Of a DNA stretch of 32,000 nt, positions 6,414-19,696 are shown piece after piece (the first letter of the stretch is position 1; each line of letters begins with the position of its first letter). The notes beneath the pieces are model-generated. The model ran no database searches. It was not told the origin of the DNA and was given only the letters and a program-made list of their open reading frames with translations. The stretch spans positions 30,001-62,000 of the forward strand of contig JAWBCC010000003.1 in assembly GCA_038823825.1 (NCBI GenBank). The letters run 5' to 3'. Origin of the DNA: Candidatus Hadarchaeales archaeon (GTDB taxonomy: Archaea; Hadarchaeota; Hadarchaeia; Hadarchaeales; Hadarchaeaceae). The translations under genes were made by a program, and so were the position numbers.

Positions 6414-9400
6414 TTGCGCGACACTTGGCCTGTTGTGGAAGCATTCTTCAAGAACAAAGGTTTGGTTCGCCAGCACTTAGATTCATACAACGATTTTATC
6501 GAGAGGAGACTCCAGCAGATAATCGACGAAATCGGGAAGATAGATTTAGACATAGAAGGGGTTTATGTAAAATTCAAAAGAATCCGCTTGGGTACACCGA
6601 AAGCCTACGAAGCAAAGGAAGGACAGGTAGATCTATGGCCTAATGAAGCCAGACTGAGAGGCCTAACCTATTCTGCTCCGCTCTTTCTTGAGATGAGTCT
6701 TGTTGATCACGGTAAGGAAATGCCTCCAGAAGAAGTATACATCGGAGAATTTCCAGTGATGGTAAAATCAAAAGCCTGTAGACTTTACGGACTTTCTGAT
6801 GAGGAGGTCGTCCAGCATGGCGAGGATCCGCTGGATCCTGGAGGATACTTTATCATAAATGGTTCAGAAAGAGTGATAGTGGCTCAGGAAGATCTGGTTT
6901 CTAACTATATTCTCGTTGAGAAAGATGAAAGAGTTGGAGCAGAGGTTGCAAAGGTCTTCTCCAGCCATGGGGGTTTTAGGGCTTTCGTCGTCGTTGAAAG
7001 GAAAAAAGATGGACTCCTCAGGGTTTCTTTCCCCTCAGTTCCGGGACAAATTCCTTTCGTTGTAATGATGCGTGCTCTTGGTCTCGAAAAGGATAGGGAT
7101 ATCGCAAGTTCGATCTCCGAGGACAGGGAAATTCTCGACGACTTTCATGAGAACCTGTTGGAGGAACCAGAAGTAAGAACAACGAAAGATGCCCTTGATT
7201 ATATCGGAAAGAGAGTAGCAGTAGGACAACCCGAGAGTTACAGAAAGCAGCGTGCGGAGGAAATTCTAGATAAATACTTCCTACCACATCTCGGAACGTC
7301 AAAAGATGACAGGATCAAAAAAGCATACTATCTCGGAAGAATGGCAAAACTCGCGATAGAGCTCGCTCTCGGAAGGAGAGACCAGGATGATAAAGATCAT
7401 TATGCAAACAAGAGGCTTAAGCTTGCCGGAGATCTTTTGGAGAATATCTTCAGGTTAGCGTTTAACAATCTGATCAAAGATATGAAATACCAACTTGAAA
7501 GAGCTTATTCCAGACAGAGAGGTTTACAACTTAAGAGCGCGGCTAGGGCAGATGTTTTGACGGAGCGGATTAGGCATGCCATATCAACCGGAACTTGGCC
7601 CGGTGGAAGAACCGGAATAAGTCAGCTTCTTGATAGAACAAATTACATAGCAGCAGTTTCTCACTTGAGGAGAATAGTTTCCCCACTGAGCCGCAGTCAA
7701 CCACACTTCGAAGCCAGAGATCTTCACTCGACACATTGGGGGAGAATATGTCCAGTTGAAACTCCAGAGGGTCCGAACTGCGGCCTTGTCAAGAACCTAG
7801 CTCTGATGGCTGAAATTTCGATAGGAACTGACGAGCGCGAAATCGAGCGATGGCTTGAGAAGCTCGGTGTGAGAAAAATTGAAAAAATAAGTGAGAGAAA
7901 GGAGGAAACCGCCGTTTACATAAACGGAAGGCTGGTCGGAATATATGAAGATGGAAAAAGGTTGGCCGAAGAAATAAGACAGTTGAGACGAAGAGGACAG
8001 ATAAGCGAGCAAGTTAATGTTGGCTATAAACCGGATACAAACGAGCTCAAGATAAACACAGATAGCGGAAGGATAAGAAGACCTCTGTTTGTCGTGGAGA
8101 ATGGAAAACCGAGGATTACGGATGAGATAATAGAAAAGGTTGAAAGAGGTGAAATGAACTGGGATGAACTTGTCAAGCAAGGAATTGTGGAATATCTCGA
8201 CGCCGATGAAGAGGAAAACGCATACATCGCAGTTTATGACTATGAAGTTACAGAGGAGCACACACACCTCGAGATACATCCGCTGACGATTTTGGGGATA
8301 GGAGGTGCTCTAGTTCCTTATGCGGAGCATAACCAGTCTCCCAGAAATACTTATGGCGCAAACATGGCGAAACAGGCTTTGGGCATACCATTTACGGATA
8401 TCTACACCAGAGCAGACACAAGAGCCCACTTCTATCACTATCCGCAAGTCCCACTTGTTTACACGAAGATAATGGATATCGTAGGTTTTGACAAAAGACC
8501 TGCAGGTCAGAACTTGATTGTTGCAATAGCTACTTATGGCGGATATAACATGGAGGATGCGATAATATTTAACAAGGCGTCAATCGAGCGCGGCACTGGA
8601 AGATCTACCTTCTATCGGCTCTACGAAACAGAGGAAATAAGGTATCCGGGTGGCCAAGTAGACAAGATCGAAATCCCCTCTGAAGATGTCAGAGGAACTG
8701 CCGGCCTAGAGCATTATGCGAAATTAGAGGAGGACGGTTTGATTTTCCCAGAGGCGGAGGTTAAAGGCGAAGACGTTTTGATAGGTAAGACGAGTCCGCC
8801 AAGATTCTTAGAGGAAACCGGTGCGATAAGTGTCGGCGAGAAGCGCAGGGAGAGTTCTGTAAGAGTTAGGCCTCAAGAGGGCGGCTGGACAGATATGGTT
8901 ATGCTTACCACCACGCCCGACGGAACGAAGTTTGTAAGAGTGAGAGTTCGCGATCAGAGAATTCCGGAAATAGGAGACAAGTTTGCCTCACGCCACGGTC
9001 AGAAAGGGGTTATAGGAGTGATATTGGATGCTAGGGATATGCCATTTACCGCTGACGGAATAATCCCAGACATCATCATAAATCCACATGCTATTCCCTC
9101 GAGAATGTCTGTCGGACAGTTGCTTGAGATGATCGCAGGGAAGGTGGGAGCGATGCTTGGGCGAAGAATTGACGGAACACCTTTCAGCAGTGTGCCCGAA
9201 CAAGAACTCAGAAAACTCTTGGTGGATCTTGGCTTCAAATCGACGGGTAAAGAGGTTCTCTATAACGGAATCACCGGAGAAATGATACCGGTAGAAATAT
9301 TCATTGGTGTTTGCTTCTATCAGAAACTTCACCACATGGTAGCTGATAAGATACACGCGAGAGCACATGGTCCGATTCAAGTTCTCACTCATCAGCCAAC

Positions 9401-9710
9401 AGAGGGAAGAGCGAGAGAAGGTGGTCTCAGATTCGGAGAGATGGAGCGTGACTGTTTGATAGGACATGGGGCGGCCACCCTTCTTAAGGAAAGGCTGCTT
9501 GACGCTTCGGATAGATATGTTGCTCTCGTCTGCGCAAACTGCGGAAGTTTGGGGTATCTTAGTAAGAAAAAGGGCAGGAAGGTTTGTCCGTTATGTGGCG
9601 AAGATGTGGAAATGCATGAAATTGAAATATCCCATGCGTTTAAACTTCTGCTTGACGAGCTCAGGTCGATGGGTCTTTCACCACGCATAAGAACAAAGGA
9701 AAAAGTGTGA
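6414..9710 (+). CDS. rpoB: DNA-directed RNA polymerase subunit B (unsplit)
   Basis: 1098 aa with hallmark blocks: [58 protein letters not shown], and the C-terminal Zn ribbon CANCG...CPLCG. TTG start lies 3 nt after the rpoH stop. Confidence 0.98.
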   Translation: MRDTWPVVEAFFKNKGLVRQHLDSYNDFIERRLQQIIDEIGKIDLDIEGVYVKFKRIRLGTPKAYEAKEGQVDLWPNEARLRGLTYSAPLFLEMSLVDHGKEMPPEEVYIGEFPVMVKSKACRLYGLSDEEVVQHGEDPLDPGGYFIINGSERVIVAQEDLVSNYILVEKDERVGAEVAKVFSSHGGFRAFVVVERKKDGLLRVSFPSVPGQIPFVVMMRALGLEKDRDIASSISEDREILDDFHENLLEEPEVRTTKDALDYIGKRVAVGQPESYRKQRAEEILDKYFLPHLGTSKDDRIKKAYYLGRMAKLAIELALGRRDQDDKDHYANKRLKLAGDLLENIFRLAFNNLIKDMKYQLERAYSRQRGLQLKSAARADVLTERIRHAISTGTWPGGRTGISQLLDRTNYIAAVSHLRRIVSPLSRSQPHFEARDLHSTHWGRICPVETPEGPNCGLVKNLALMAEISIGTDEREIERWLEKLGVRKIEKISERKEETAVYINGRLVGIYEDGKRLAEEIRQLRRRGQISEQVNVGYKPDTNELKINTDSGRIRRPLFVVENGKPRITDEIIEKVERGEMNWDELVKQGIVEYLDADEEENAYIAVYDYEVTEEHTHLEIHPLTILGIGGALVPYAEHNQSPRNTYGANMAKQALGIPFTDIYTRADTRAHFYHYPQVPLVYTKIMDIVGFDKRPAGQNLIVAIATYGGYNMEDAIIFNKASIERGTGRSTFYRLYETEEIRYPGGQVDKIEIPSEDVRGTAGLEHYAKLEEDGLIFPEAEVKGEDVLIGKTSPPRFLEETGAISVGEKRRESSVRVRPQEGGWTDMVMLTTTPDGTKFVRVRVRDQRIPEIGDKFASRHGQKGVIGVILDARDMPFTADGIIPDIIINPHAIPSRMSVGQLLEMIAGKVGAMLGRRIDGTPFSSVPEQELRKLLVDLGFKSTGKEVLYNGITGEMIPVEIFIGVCFYQKLHHMVADKIHARAHGPIQVLTHQPTEGRAREGGLRFGEMERDCLIGHGAATLLKERLLDASDRYVALVCANCGSLGYLSKKKGRKVCPLCGEDVEMHEIEISHAFKLLLDELRSMGLSPRIRTKEKV

Positions 9711-9714
9711 GAAG

Positions 9715-13543
<3,829 letters not shown>

Positions 13544-13548
13544 TTTTC

Positions 13549-13851
13549 ATGGACGTAGAAAAGGAATTGAGTAGAGCAATACTCACGGGCAAGGTTATAC
13601 TTGGAACGGATAGGTCGCTTAAGGCGGTGAAAAGAGGTGATGCTAAGATAGTTTTGCTGGCTTCAAATTGCCCGGAAGAAATAGTGGAGGACTTCATGCA
13701 CTATTCGAAGATCTCTGGTCTGAGGGTTGTTCGGTTGAAAAAAAATAGTAGAGAGCTGGGAATAATTTGTGGGGTTCCTTTTACGGTCAGCGTAGTTTCG
13801 GTAATAGATCCAGGAGATTCAGCAATACTCTCAGCGGTGGATTCCGGATGA
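13549..13851 (+). CDS. rpl30e: 50S ribosomal protein L30e
   Basis: LSRAILTGKVILGTDRSLKAVKRGDAKIVLLASNCPEE...ELGIICGVPFTVSVVSVIDPGDS is typical L30e. Start is ATG 13549, or GTG 13540 as an alternative. Confidence 0.93.
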   Translation: MDVEKELSRAILTGKVILGTDRSLKAVKRGDAKIVLLASNCPEEIVEDFMHYSKISGLRVVRLKKNSRELGIICGVPFTVSVVSVIDPGDSAILSAVDSG

Positions 13852-14279
13852 TAAAGTTAACTTCTGAAGAGCTCAAGTATATGGGACTCTTCGAAAGAAT
13901 AACGGGCGCGGCGGCGAAAGATTGTGTTATAGATGATGTTTCTCAAAGTCTCGTGACATTTGTTGTCGATAGAGACAAAATTTCTGAGGCTATCGGGAAG
14001 AGAGGTAGTAAGATTAAATTGCTGGGCAAAATGCTCGGAAAAGATGTCGAAGTTGTAGCTTTTTCAGAGGATCAGGTAGAGATGGTAAAAAATGCCTTGG
14101 CCCCGGCCAAAGTTCAAGAAGTACAAATAGTAGAAAAAAATGGTAAAACAATCGCCATAGTTTACATAGATCTCGAGAATAGAAATAAGGCAGTAGGCAA
14201 AGGGGGCAGACGTATAAGAAACGCGAAAAAAATCGTTAGACGTCACTGCGGAATAGAAGACATTGTCATATCGCATTAG
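13848..14279 (+). CDS. nusA: archaeal NusA-like transcription termination/antitermination factor (two KH domains)
   Basis: 143 aa from ATG 13848 (ATGA overlap with the rpl30e stop). Two KH GxxG loops are present (GKRGSKIK and GKGGRRIRNAKK). It is in the canonical position after L30e. Confidence 0.9.
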   Translation: MIKLTSEELKYMGLFERITGAAAKDCVIDDVSQSLVTFVVDRDKISEAIGKRGSKIKLLGKMLGKDVEVVAFSEDQVEMVKNALAPAKVQEVQIVEKNGKTIAIVYIDLENRNKAVGKGGRRIRNAKKIVRRHCGIEDIVISH

Positions 14280-14315
14280 AAACTTCAAGGACTGGAAGAA
14301 GCGGCCACGAGATGA

Positions 14316-14324
14316 TTTAAATTA
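14316..14324 (+). promoter_or_regulatory. TATA-like element TTTAAATTA upstream of rps12
   Basis: Lies in the 76-nt nusA-rps12 spacer and is centred ~36 nt before ATG 14356. GGTG at 14347-14350 could act as the SD. Confidence 0.3.
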
Positions 14325-14355
14325 AGAGTTGTATAATTTTCAGTTTGGTGTTGGT

Positions 14356-14790
14356 ATGAAATCTCCAACTGGAGAATTCGCGGCTAGGAAGCTGGCGACA
14401 ACTAGGCAGAGGTTTAGATGGAAGGATGCGGACTATAAGCGTAGAGTTTTGAAGCTTAAGGAGAAGTACGATCCACTTGAAGGAGCGCCGCAAGCCAGGG
14501 GTATTGTCCTCGAGAAGGTCGGAATAGAGGCCAAACAGCCGAACTCGGCCATAAGAAAATGCGTGAGGGTACAGTTGATAAAAAATGGCAAACAGGTAAC
14601 TGCCTTCGCCCCTGGCGACGGAGCGATAGGCTTCATAGATGAACACGATGAGGTAATCATCGAGGGGATAGGCGGGGCAAAAGGGAGATCTTATGGAGAT
14701 CTACCAGGTGTTAGATATCGTGTTGTAATGGTAAACGGTGTTTCTCTTAAAGAGCTTATAAAGGGTAGGAAGGAAAAGCCGACAAGGTGA
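14356..14790 (+). CDS. rps12: 30S ribosomal protein S12 (uS12)
   Basis: [30 protein letters not shown] plus N-terminal [11 protein letters not shown]...RFRW. ATG 14356 gives the usual ~144 aa. The ORF-track start 14329 adds 9 non-conserved residues. Confidence 0.95.
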   Translation: MKSPTGEFAARKLATTRQRFRWKDADYKRRVLKLKEKYDPLEGAPQARGIVLEKVGIEAKQPNSAIRKCVRVQLIKNGKQVTAFAPGDGAIGFIDEHDEVIIEGIGGAKGRSYGDLPGVRYRVVMVNGVSLKELIKGRKEKPTR

Positions 14791-14794
14791 TGTT

Positions 14795-15400
14795 TTGTCT
14801 TTCAAGTACTTTGGGAAGTGGGATGTTGAGAATGTGGTTATCAGGGATCCGGGTCTAAAGAGATACATAAATCTAGAACCGAGAATTGTGCTTCATACAT
14901 CTGCGAGACATGCTAACAAACAATTTGGTAAGGCACAGGTTTCGATTGTTGAGAGGTTAATGAACAAGCTCATGCGATCTGGGCCAGGTGCTCGAAAATT
15001 AAAGGGAAAGGTCATCAGAGGCGGGAAAGCCACAGGCAAGAAGATGAATGCCTACAAAATAGTCAAGAGGGCTTTTGAGATAATTGAGCATAGAACTGGG
15101 AAAAATCCGATTCAAGTTCTCGTCGATGCGGTTCAGAATGCAGCTCCTAGAGAGGAAACGACAAGACTGACTTATGGAGGTATTACATATTACGTGGCTG
15201 TTGACTCAGCACCTCAGCGAAGACTGGACATTGCGCTTCGAAACATCGCGGCCGGTGCATATGCTGCCTCGTTTAATAACAAAAAGCCCATAGAGGAATG
15301 TCTGGCCGAGGAGATCATAAACGCTGCAAACAATGATGTTAAAAGTTTTGCCATAGCTCAAAAGGAAGAAATCGAAAGAATTGCAAAGGGAGCAAGATAG
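14795..15400 (+). CDS. rps7: 30S ribosomal protein S7 (uS7)
   Basis: [22 protein letters not shown]...[12 protein letters not shown]...[14 protein letters not shown] is typical archaeal S7. TTG is the only start that preserves the conserved N-terminus. Confidence 0.95.
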   Translation: MSFKYFGKWDVENVVIRDPGLKRYINLEPRIVLHTSARHANKQFGKAQVSIVERLMNKLMRSGPGARKLKGKVIRGGKATGKKMNAYKIVKRAFEIIEHRTGKNPIQVLVDAVQNAAPREETTRLTYGGITYYVAVDSAPQRRLDIALRNIAAGAYAASFNNKKPIEECLAEEIINAANNDVKSFAIAQKEEIERIAKGAR

Positions 15401-15418
15401 TTTTTCTGCTCCGATTTT
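15401..15418 (+). terminator. oligo-T tracts (T5, T4) just after rps7
   Basis: TTTTTCTGCTCCGATTTT follows the TAG stop directly. Archaeal termination uses oligo-T, so termination here may be partial. Confidence 0.35.
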
Positions 15419-15468
15419 CCGCTAGCTTTTAAACGAAAAAATTTAAATACTCATCTCGGGATTGATAA

Positions 15469-15475
15469 GGAGGTG
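15469..15475 (+). promoter_or_regulatory. Shine-Dalgarno GGAGGTG of tuf
   Basis: Full GGAGGTG match to the SD form recurring before other genes here, 5 nt upstream of ATG 15481. A/T-rich TATA-like elements (TTTTAAAC 15427-15434 and TTTAAATA 15442-15449) lie upstream. Confidence 0.6.
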
Positions 15476-15480
15476 GACAA

Positions 15481-16743
15481 ATGCCCAAGCCACACCTAAA
15501 CATAGTTACAATCGGACATGTTGACCACGGAAAGTCTACCCTGATGGGAAGACTTCTTTATGAGACTGGAGCCGTTAAAGAAGAAGAAATAAAGAAGTTT
15601 GAAGCAATGGGGGATAAGGGTAAGACATTCAAGTTCGCTTGGGTAATGGATGCTCTTAAGGAAGAAAGGGAGCGCGGTTTAACAATAGATCTGGCGCACA
15701 GAAAATTTGAGACATCAAAGTATTATTTCACGATCATTGATGCTCCTGGACACCGGGACTTCGTCAAGAATATGATAACCGGTGCGAGTCAAGCGGATGC
15801 GGCAGTGCTTGTTGTTGCAGCGGATGATGGAATAATGCCGCAGACGAGAGAGCACGCAGCTCTTGCATTCACACTCGGAGTTGGTCAGATGATGGTGGTC
15901 ATAAACAAAATGGATCTGGTTGATTATAAGCAAGAAGTATTCGAGAAATTGAAGAAAGAGGTTTCAGACCTTCTCAGGGCGGTTGGTTACAGAAATGTTG
16001 AGAAGTTCGATTTTGTACCAGCAGCGGCCTTTCACGGGGACAACGTGACAAAAAGAAGCGAAAAGATGAAGTGGTACAGCGGTCCCACTGTGCTCGAGGC
16101 ACTGGATCATTTTGAGGTTCCTCCCAAGCCAATAGACAAGCCGCTACGCATTCCAGTTCAGGATGTTTATTCGATCACAGGGGTTGGTACGGTACCGGTC
16201 GGAAGAGTAGAAACTGGAATTTTGAAAGTCGGAGATACTGTAGTTTTCGAGCCGGCCGGTGTGAAGGGTGAGGTGAAGTCTATTGAAATGCACCACGAGT
16301 CGATCCCACAAGCGGAGCCTGGAGATAACATCGGATTCAACGTTAGAGGTGTGGAAAAGAAAGCCTTGAAAAGAGGAGATGTGGCTGGTCATCCGGACAA
16401 GCCTCCGACCGTGGTCAGGGAATTCACTGCGAGAATAGCGGTTTTGCAACACCCGACGGCGATAGCGGCTGGCTATACTCCTGTCTTCCACGTTCACACT
16501 GCGCAGGTCGCTTGCAAGATCACACAAATCGTAAACAAACTCGATCCCAAGACCGGTGCTCCAATAGAGCAGAATCCTCAGTTCATAAAGAAGGGAGATA
16601 TGGCCACGATCGTCGTTGCTCCAACAAAACCGATGGTTATCGAAAAAGCTTCTGAAATTCCTCAGCTCAGCAGATTTGCCATCAGAGACATGGGAATGAC
16701 AATTGCTGCCGGTGTCTGCATAGACGTAGTTCCGGCCAAGTAA
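15481..16743 (+). CDS. tuf: translation elongation factor EF-1 alpha (aEF1A)
   Basis: GTPase motifs [17 protein letters not shown] and NKMD are present. 420 aa. Confidence 0.98.
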   Translation: MPKPHLNIVTIGHVDHGKSTLMGRLLYETGAVKEEEIKKFEAMGDKGKTFKFAWVMDALKEERERGLTIDLAHRKFETSKYYFTIIDAPGHRDFVKNMITGASQADAAVLVVAADDGIMPQTREHAALAFTLGVGQMMVVINKMDLVDYKQEVFEKLKKEVSDLLRAVGYRNVEKFDFVPAAAFHGDNVTKRSEKMKWYSGPTVLEALDHFEVPPKPIDKPLRIPVQDVYSITGVGTVPVGRVETGILKVGDTVVFEPAGVKGEVKSIEMHHESIPQAEPGDNIGFNVRGVEKKALKRGDVAGHPDKPPTVVREFTARIAVLQHPTAIAAGYTPVFHVHTAQVACKITQIVNKLDPKTGAPIEQNPQFIKKGDMATIVVAPTKPMVIEKASEIPQLSRFAIRDMGMTIAAGVCIDVVPAK

Positions 16744-16747
16744 AAAC

Positions 16748-16763
16748 TTTTTATTTTGTTTTT
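16748..16763 (+). terminator. oligo-T tracts (T5-A-T4-G-T5) after tuf
   Basis: CTTTTTATTTTGTTTTTGC begins 4 nt after the TAA stop. rps10 starts only 22 nt later, so this may act as an attenuator rather than a full stop. Confidence 0.45.
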
Positions 16764-16784
16764 GCAGTTAAAGTAGGGGTTATC

Positions 16785-17087
16785 GTGCAAAAGGCCAGAA
16801 TAAAGCTTAGCAGTACAGATGTGGCAAAGCTAACCGAAGTTTGCAACCAAATAGTTGAAATAGCGGAAAAGGTGGGCGTGGAATACTCCGGTCCAATTCC
16901 CCTTCCGACTAAGAAAATAAAGATAATCACGAGAAAATCACCCGATGGAGAAGGAACAGCCACGTTCGACAGATGGGAGATGAGAATTCATAGGAGATTG
17001 ATAGACATCCAAGCCGATGAAAGAGCATTGCGCCTCCTCATGCGTCTACAGATTCCAGATGAGGTTTCAATTGAGGTAAAGCTCTGA
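16785..17087 (+). CDS. rps10: 30S ribosomal protein S10 (uS10)
   Basis: [12 protein letters not shown]...GPIPLPTKK...[27 protein letters not shown] is canonical. GTG start. Confidence 0.95.
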   Translation: MQKARIKLSSTDVAKLTEVCNQIVEIAEKVGVEYSGPIPLPTKKIKIITRKSPDGEGTATFDRWEMRIHRRLIDIQADERALRLLMRLQIPDEVSIEVKL

Positions 17088-17098
17088 TTTTGGTTTTT
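17088..17098 (+). terminator. oligo-T tracts (T4, T5) ending the rpo/ribosomal-protein cluster
   Basis: TGA-TTTTGGTTTTT follows rps10 directly, and a convergent gene starts at 17098. Confidence 0.45.
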
Positions 17099-17859
17099 CA
17101 CTGGCCAGTTATGTATTTCTCAAGTTCGTGGGGCTCTGGAACCGAGATGTTTAGTTTTTCAAAATAGTGGGAAATGTTAAGGATGTCTCTTCTCAGGTAC
17201 TCGAGTGCCATCGAGCTTTGGATGTCTATCGCCATTGAAAAATCTATGAGATATGGCTCCGGTGTTATGAGTATGTTGTACTCGCTCAGATCGGCATGCA
17301 CGAGACCAGCTTTCTGGTAAAGTAGTCTCATGTCTTCCAGAATGCTGTTGAAAGCCTCCTTTGGGTTTTCTGGTGTCATGTCTTTCATCCTAGGGTAGGG
17401 TATACCGTTTTCTCCTAGGAATTCCATAACCAAGATGTTTTTCTCATGGTCTACGGGTCTTGGAACATGAACGCCTGCTTCATACGCTCTCTGCAGATTT
17501 TTGAATTCTCTAGAGGTCCACGCGAAGATTATTCTTCTCCGTTCGTGCGGAACTCTTGAATATCTTGGATCAGCCAGGAGATACTTATGCATCGTTTTGA
17601 AATCAGATGTGGCAATTCTATAGATTTTTACGGCGAGAAAGTTTCCAGTGGAGTCGGAAGCGCAGAAAACGTTCGCCTCTTTGCCGGTCGAAACTGCACC
17701 GTAAACCATATCGAAGATTCCTCTATTAACCATCTTACATAGCGAAAGGAGAGTCGAATGGTCAAAAACGCCCGCCATTATTTTATAGATTTCAGAGTCT
17801 TTTTCAAGTCTCTCCGGTTTGTGTCTTCTTAGCGCGGCTAGAAAAACATCTTCTGACAT
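17098..17859 (-). CDS. rio1: RIO-type serine/threonine protein kinase Rio1
   Basis: STGKEANVF nucleotide loop, LVHADLSEYNILI catalytic loop, IDFSMAI metal-binding loop. 253 aa with no N-terminal wHTH, so Rio1 rather than Rio2. Confidence 0.9.
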   Translation of the reverse strand: MSEDVFLAALRRHKPERLEKDSEIYKIMAGVFDHSTLLSLCKMVNRGIFDMVYGAVSTGKEANVFCASDSTGNFLAVKIYRIATSDFKTMHKYLLADPRYSRVPHERRRIIFAWTSREFKNLQRAYEAGVHVPRPVDHEKNILVMEFLGENGIPYPRMKDMTPENPKEAFNSILEDMRLLYQKAGLVHADLSEYNILITPEPYLIDFSMAIDIQSSMALEYLRRDILNISHYFEKLNISVPEPHELEKYITGQ

Positions 17860-17869
17860 CTAGGCACCG

Positions 17870-18157
17870 CTACTCCCATAAGCCCATCTTCTTTAACCAT
17901 TCCACTTGAGTTTTCGTGTATCTAAAGACTATGTCGCCTCTCTCATCTCCCTGCACGGGCCAGGGCTTTACAACAACAACGTCTCCTTCCAAAATCCACA
18001 TCCTCTTTCTCAGTCTCCCCGGTATCCGACAGTTTCTTATCTTACCATCCCTACATCTAACCCTAACTCTATCGTTTCCAAACATCTGGTCCACTATTCC
18101 AAGGACCTCGCCTTTTTCAGGTATGTACAGTCGCTCTCCTTCCTCTTCTTTTGGCAT
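17870..18157 (-). CDS. eif1a: translation initiation factor aIF-1A
   Basis: [51 protein letters not shown]...[17 protein letters not shown] is canonical. ATG 18157 (MPKEEE...) is preferred. GTG 18169 is the ORF-track alternative. Confidence 0.93.
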   Translation of the reverse strand: MPKEEEGERLYIPEKGEVLGIVDQMFGNDRVRVRCRDGKIRNCRIPGRLRKRMWILEGDVVVVKPWPVQGDERGDIVFRYTKTQVEWLKKMGLWE

Positions 18158-19652
18158 TTTTTTCACCACGATACTTATCCCATAAAAATCTGTTTACGCC
18201 GTTTAACATCGCTTGAACGCTCGCCATTATTATATCTCCGCTTATTCCTCTGGCAGTAATAATCCTTTTACCGTCCGTCAGTTTCACGGTTACATCGACT
18301 ACGGCATCTGTTCCACCCGAGATCGAATCCACGTGGTACTCCAGAAGACGGATATTCGATATCCCCTCGATGAGTTTCCTGATGGCATTCATAGCGGCAT
18401 CGACTGGACCCACTCCTACTCCAGATTCGATCATTTCTTTGTCTCTGAATCTTACTTTGACGGAGGACGTCGGAGTGATTTTGTTTCCACTCACCACTGT
18501 CAGTTCTTCAAGTTTTATCGTCTCCTCGAATTCTTTACCCATCACGGAATCGATTATGGCTCGAAGCTCTGAGTCCGTTACTACTTTTCCTTGGTCGCCG
18601 AGCCACTTTACCTGTTTAAAAATTTCCGTGACTTGCTCTTTGTTCGGACGGAATCCCAGTTTTCTCAGCTCCATCTCGATGGCATGTCTTCCGATATGTT
18701 TTCCGAAAACGATTCTTCTCCTTTGTCCGATGTCTTCTGGCGCAAGAGGCTCATATGTCTTTGGGCTGCGAAGAACCCCATGCACGTGAATTCCAGCTTC
18801 GTGGGCAAATGCGTTCTCCCCGACAAGCGGTTTTGTTGGAGAAAGAGGTATTCCGGTCAAACTTTCGACAAGCTTGGAAACAGAATAAAGTTTCTTCATT
18901 TTTATTCGAAGCTTATACTTCTGGAGGTAAACAAGAGCTGAGACAACCTCCTCCAGCGCAGCGTTTCCTCCTCTTTCACCCAATCCGTTGATGGTTACGT
19001 GAACTTCGGTCGCGCCACCTTCAACCGCAGAAATCGTGTTCGCCGTGGCCATTCCAAAATCATTATGACAGTGGGCAGCCAGAGGCACGTTTACAATTTT
19101 TGCGAACTTTGAATAGAACTCGCGCGCTCTTGCCGGTGTCAGAATACCCACTGTGTCGCAAAGACAAATTCTGTGAACTCGATGCTCTAGACCAAGCGCC
19201 ACGAGTTCTCTCACGAAATTTTCATCAGCTCTTGTTGCATCTTCGAGTGAGAATTCGACTTTTAAACCATGCTTTATCGCGTAGTCCATGGCTTGTGCTG
19301 CCATTTTCTTTATTTCCTGTCTAGACTTTTCGAGCCGTAACTTTAGATGAATATCAGAGGCAGGAACTACCAGATGTATGCTGTCGACATCCGCAGCAAT
19401 CGCAGCATCGATATCTTCTTTCATAGCTCTCGTAAATGTGCAGATTTCGGCGCTTAATCCCAGCTTTGATATCTCCTTGATGGCTTTTCTCTCGCCCTCA
19501 GAGGTTGCAACAGATCCCGCTTCGATGATATCGACTCCGAGATCGTCGAGAGCGCGAGCAATTTTTATTTTCTCCTCTGGGGTCAAAGCCACGCCTGGTG
19601 TCTGCTCCCCATCTCTCAGAGTTGTGTCGAGAATCAGCACTCTGCCGCTCAT
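18117..19652 (-). CDS. 2-isopropylmalate synthase / (R)-citramalate synthase family enzyme, with C-terminal LeuA regulatory domain (paralogue 1)
   Basis: [51 protein letters not shown], and the C-terminal [14 protein letters not shown] block. 511 aa. LeuA versus CimA cannot be decided by eye. Confidence 0.9.
   Translation of the reverse strand: MSGRVLILDTTLRDGEQTPGVALTPEEKIKIARALDDLGVDIIEAGSVATSEGERKAIKEISKLGLSAEICTFTRAMKEDIDAAIAADVDSIHLVVPASDIHLKLRLEKSRQEIKKMAAQAMDYAIKHGLKVEFSLEDATRADENFVRELVALGLEHRVHRICLCDTVGILTPARAREFYSKFAKIVNVPLAAHCHNDFGMATANTISAVEGGATEVHVTINGLGERGGNAALEEVVSALVYLQKYKLRIKMKKLYSVSKLVESLTGIPLSPTKPLVGENAFAHEAGIHVHGVLRSPKTYEPLAPEDIGQRRRIVFGKHIGRHAIEMELRKLGFRPNKEQVTEIFKQVKWLGDQGKVVTDSELRAIIDSVMGKEFEETIKLEELTVVSGNKITPTSSVKVRFRDKEMIESGVGVGPVDAAMNAIRKLIEGISNIRLLEYHVDSISGGTDAVVDVTVKLTDGKRIITARGISGDIIMASVQAMLNGVNRFLWDKYRGEKNAKRRGRRATVHT
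18182..18188 (-). promoter_or_regulatory. TATA-like TTTTTAT for aIF-1A, inside the 3' end of the upstream synthase gene
   Basis: The minus strand reads GATTTTTATGGG. The element is centred ~27 nt upstream of ATG 18157 with no SD, so a leaderless start is possible. Confidence 0.35.
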
Positions 19653-19659
19653 GCTCCCA

Positions 19660-19688
19660 ATATATTAAAAATGGCGCGATATATTAAA
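19660..19688. promoter_or_regulatory. bidirectional promoter core: two ATATATTAAA boxes flanking GGCGCG
   Basis: ATATATTAAA occurs at 19660-19669 and again at 19679-19688, inside a 44-bp divergent intergenic region. Each box is centred ~32 nt from the distal ATG (19697 on plus, 19652 on minus). Confidence 0.45.
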
Positions 19689-19696
19689 CAGAGGTC

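Noticed and set aside
7797-8279. Long antisense ORFs inside core genes. Examples: 7797-8279, 8988-9467 and 9987-10472 opposite rpoB/rpoA'; 11728-12129 opposite rpoA'; 25495-26016 opposite trpF/trpB; 252-791 opposite aroK; 5208-5636 opposite the PhoU/TrkA-C gene; 18370-18789 opposite the synthase.
   Set aside because: All lie fully within strongly supported genes on the other strand. Their translations are low-complexity and Ser/Leu/Phe-rich with no recognisable motifs. They are typical shadow ORFs.
14280-15480. C/D-box sRNAs or other small RNAs in the intergenic spacers 5945-6076, 14280-14355, 15401-15480, 29303-29368 and 31571-31633.
   Set aside because: No RUGAUGA/CUGA box pairs or convincing stem structures were found by eye. 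The spacers are adequately explained by promoter, SD and oligo-T elements.
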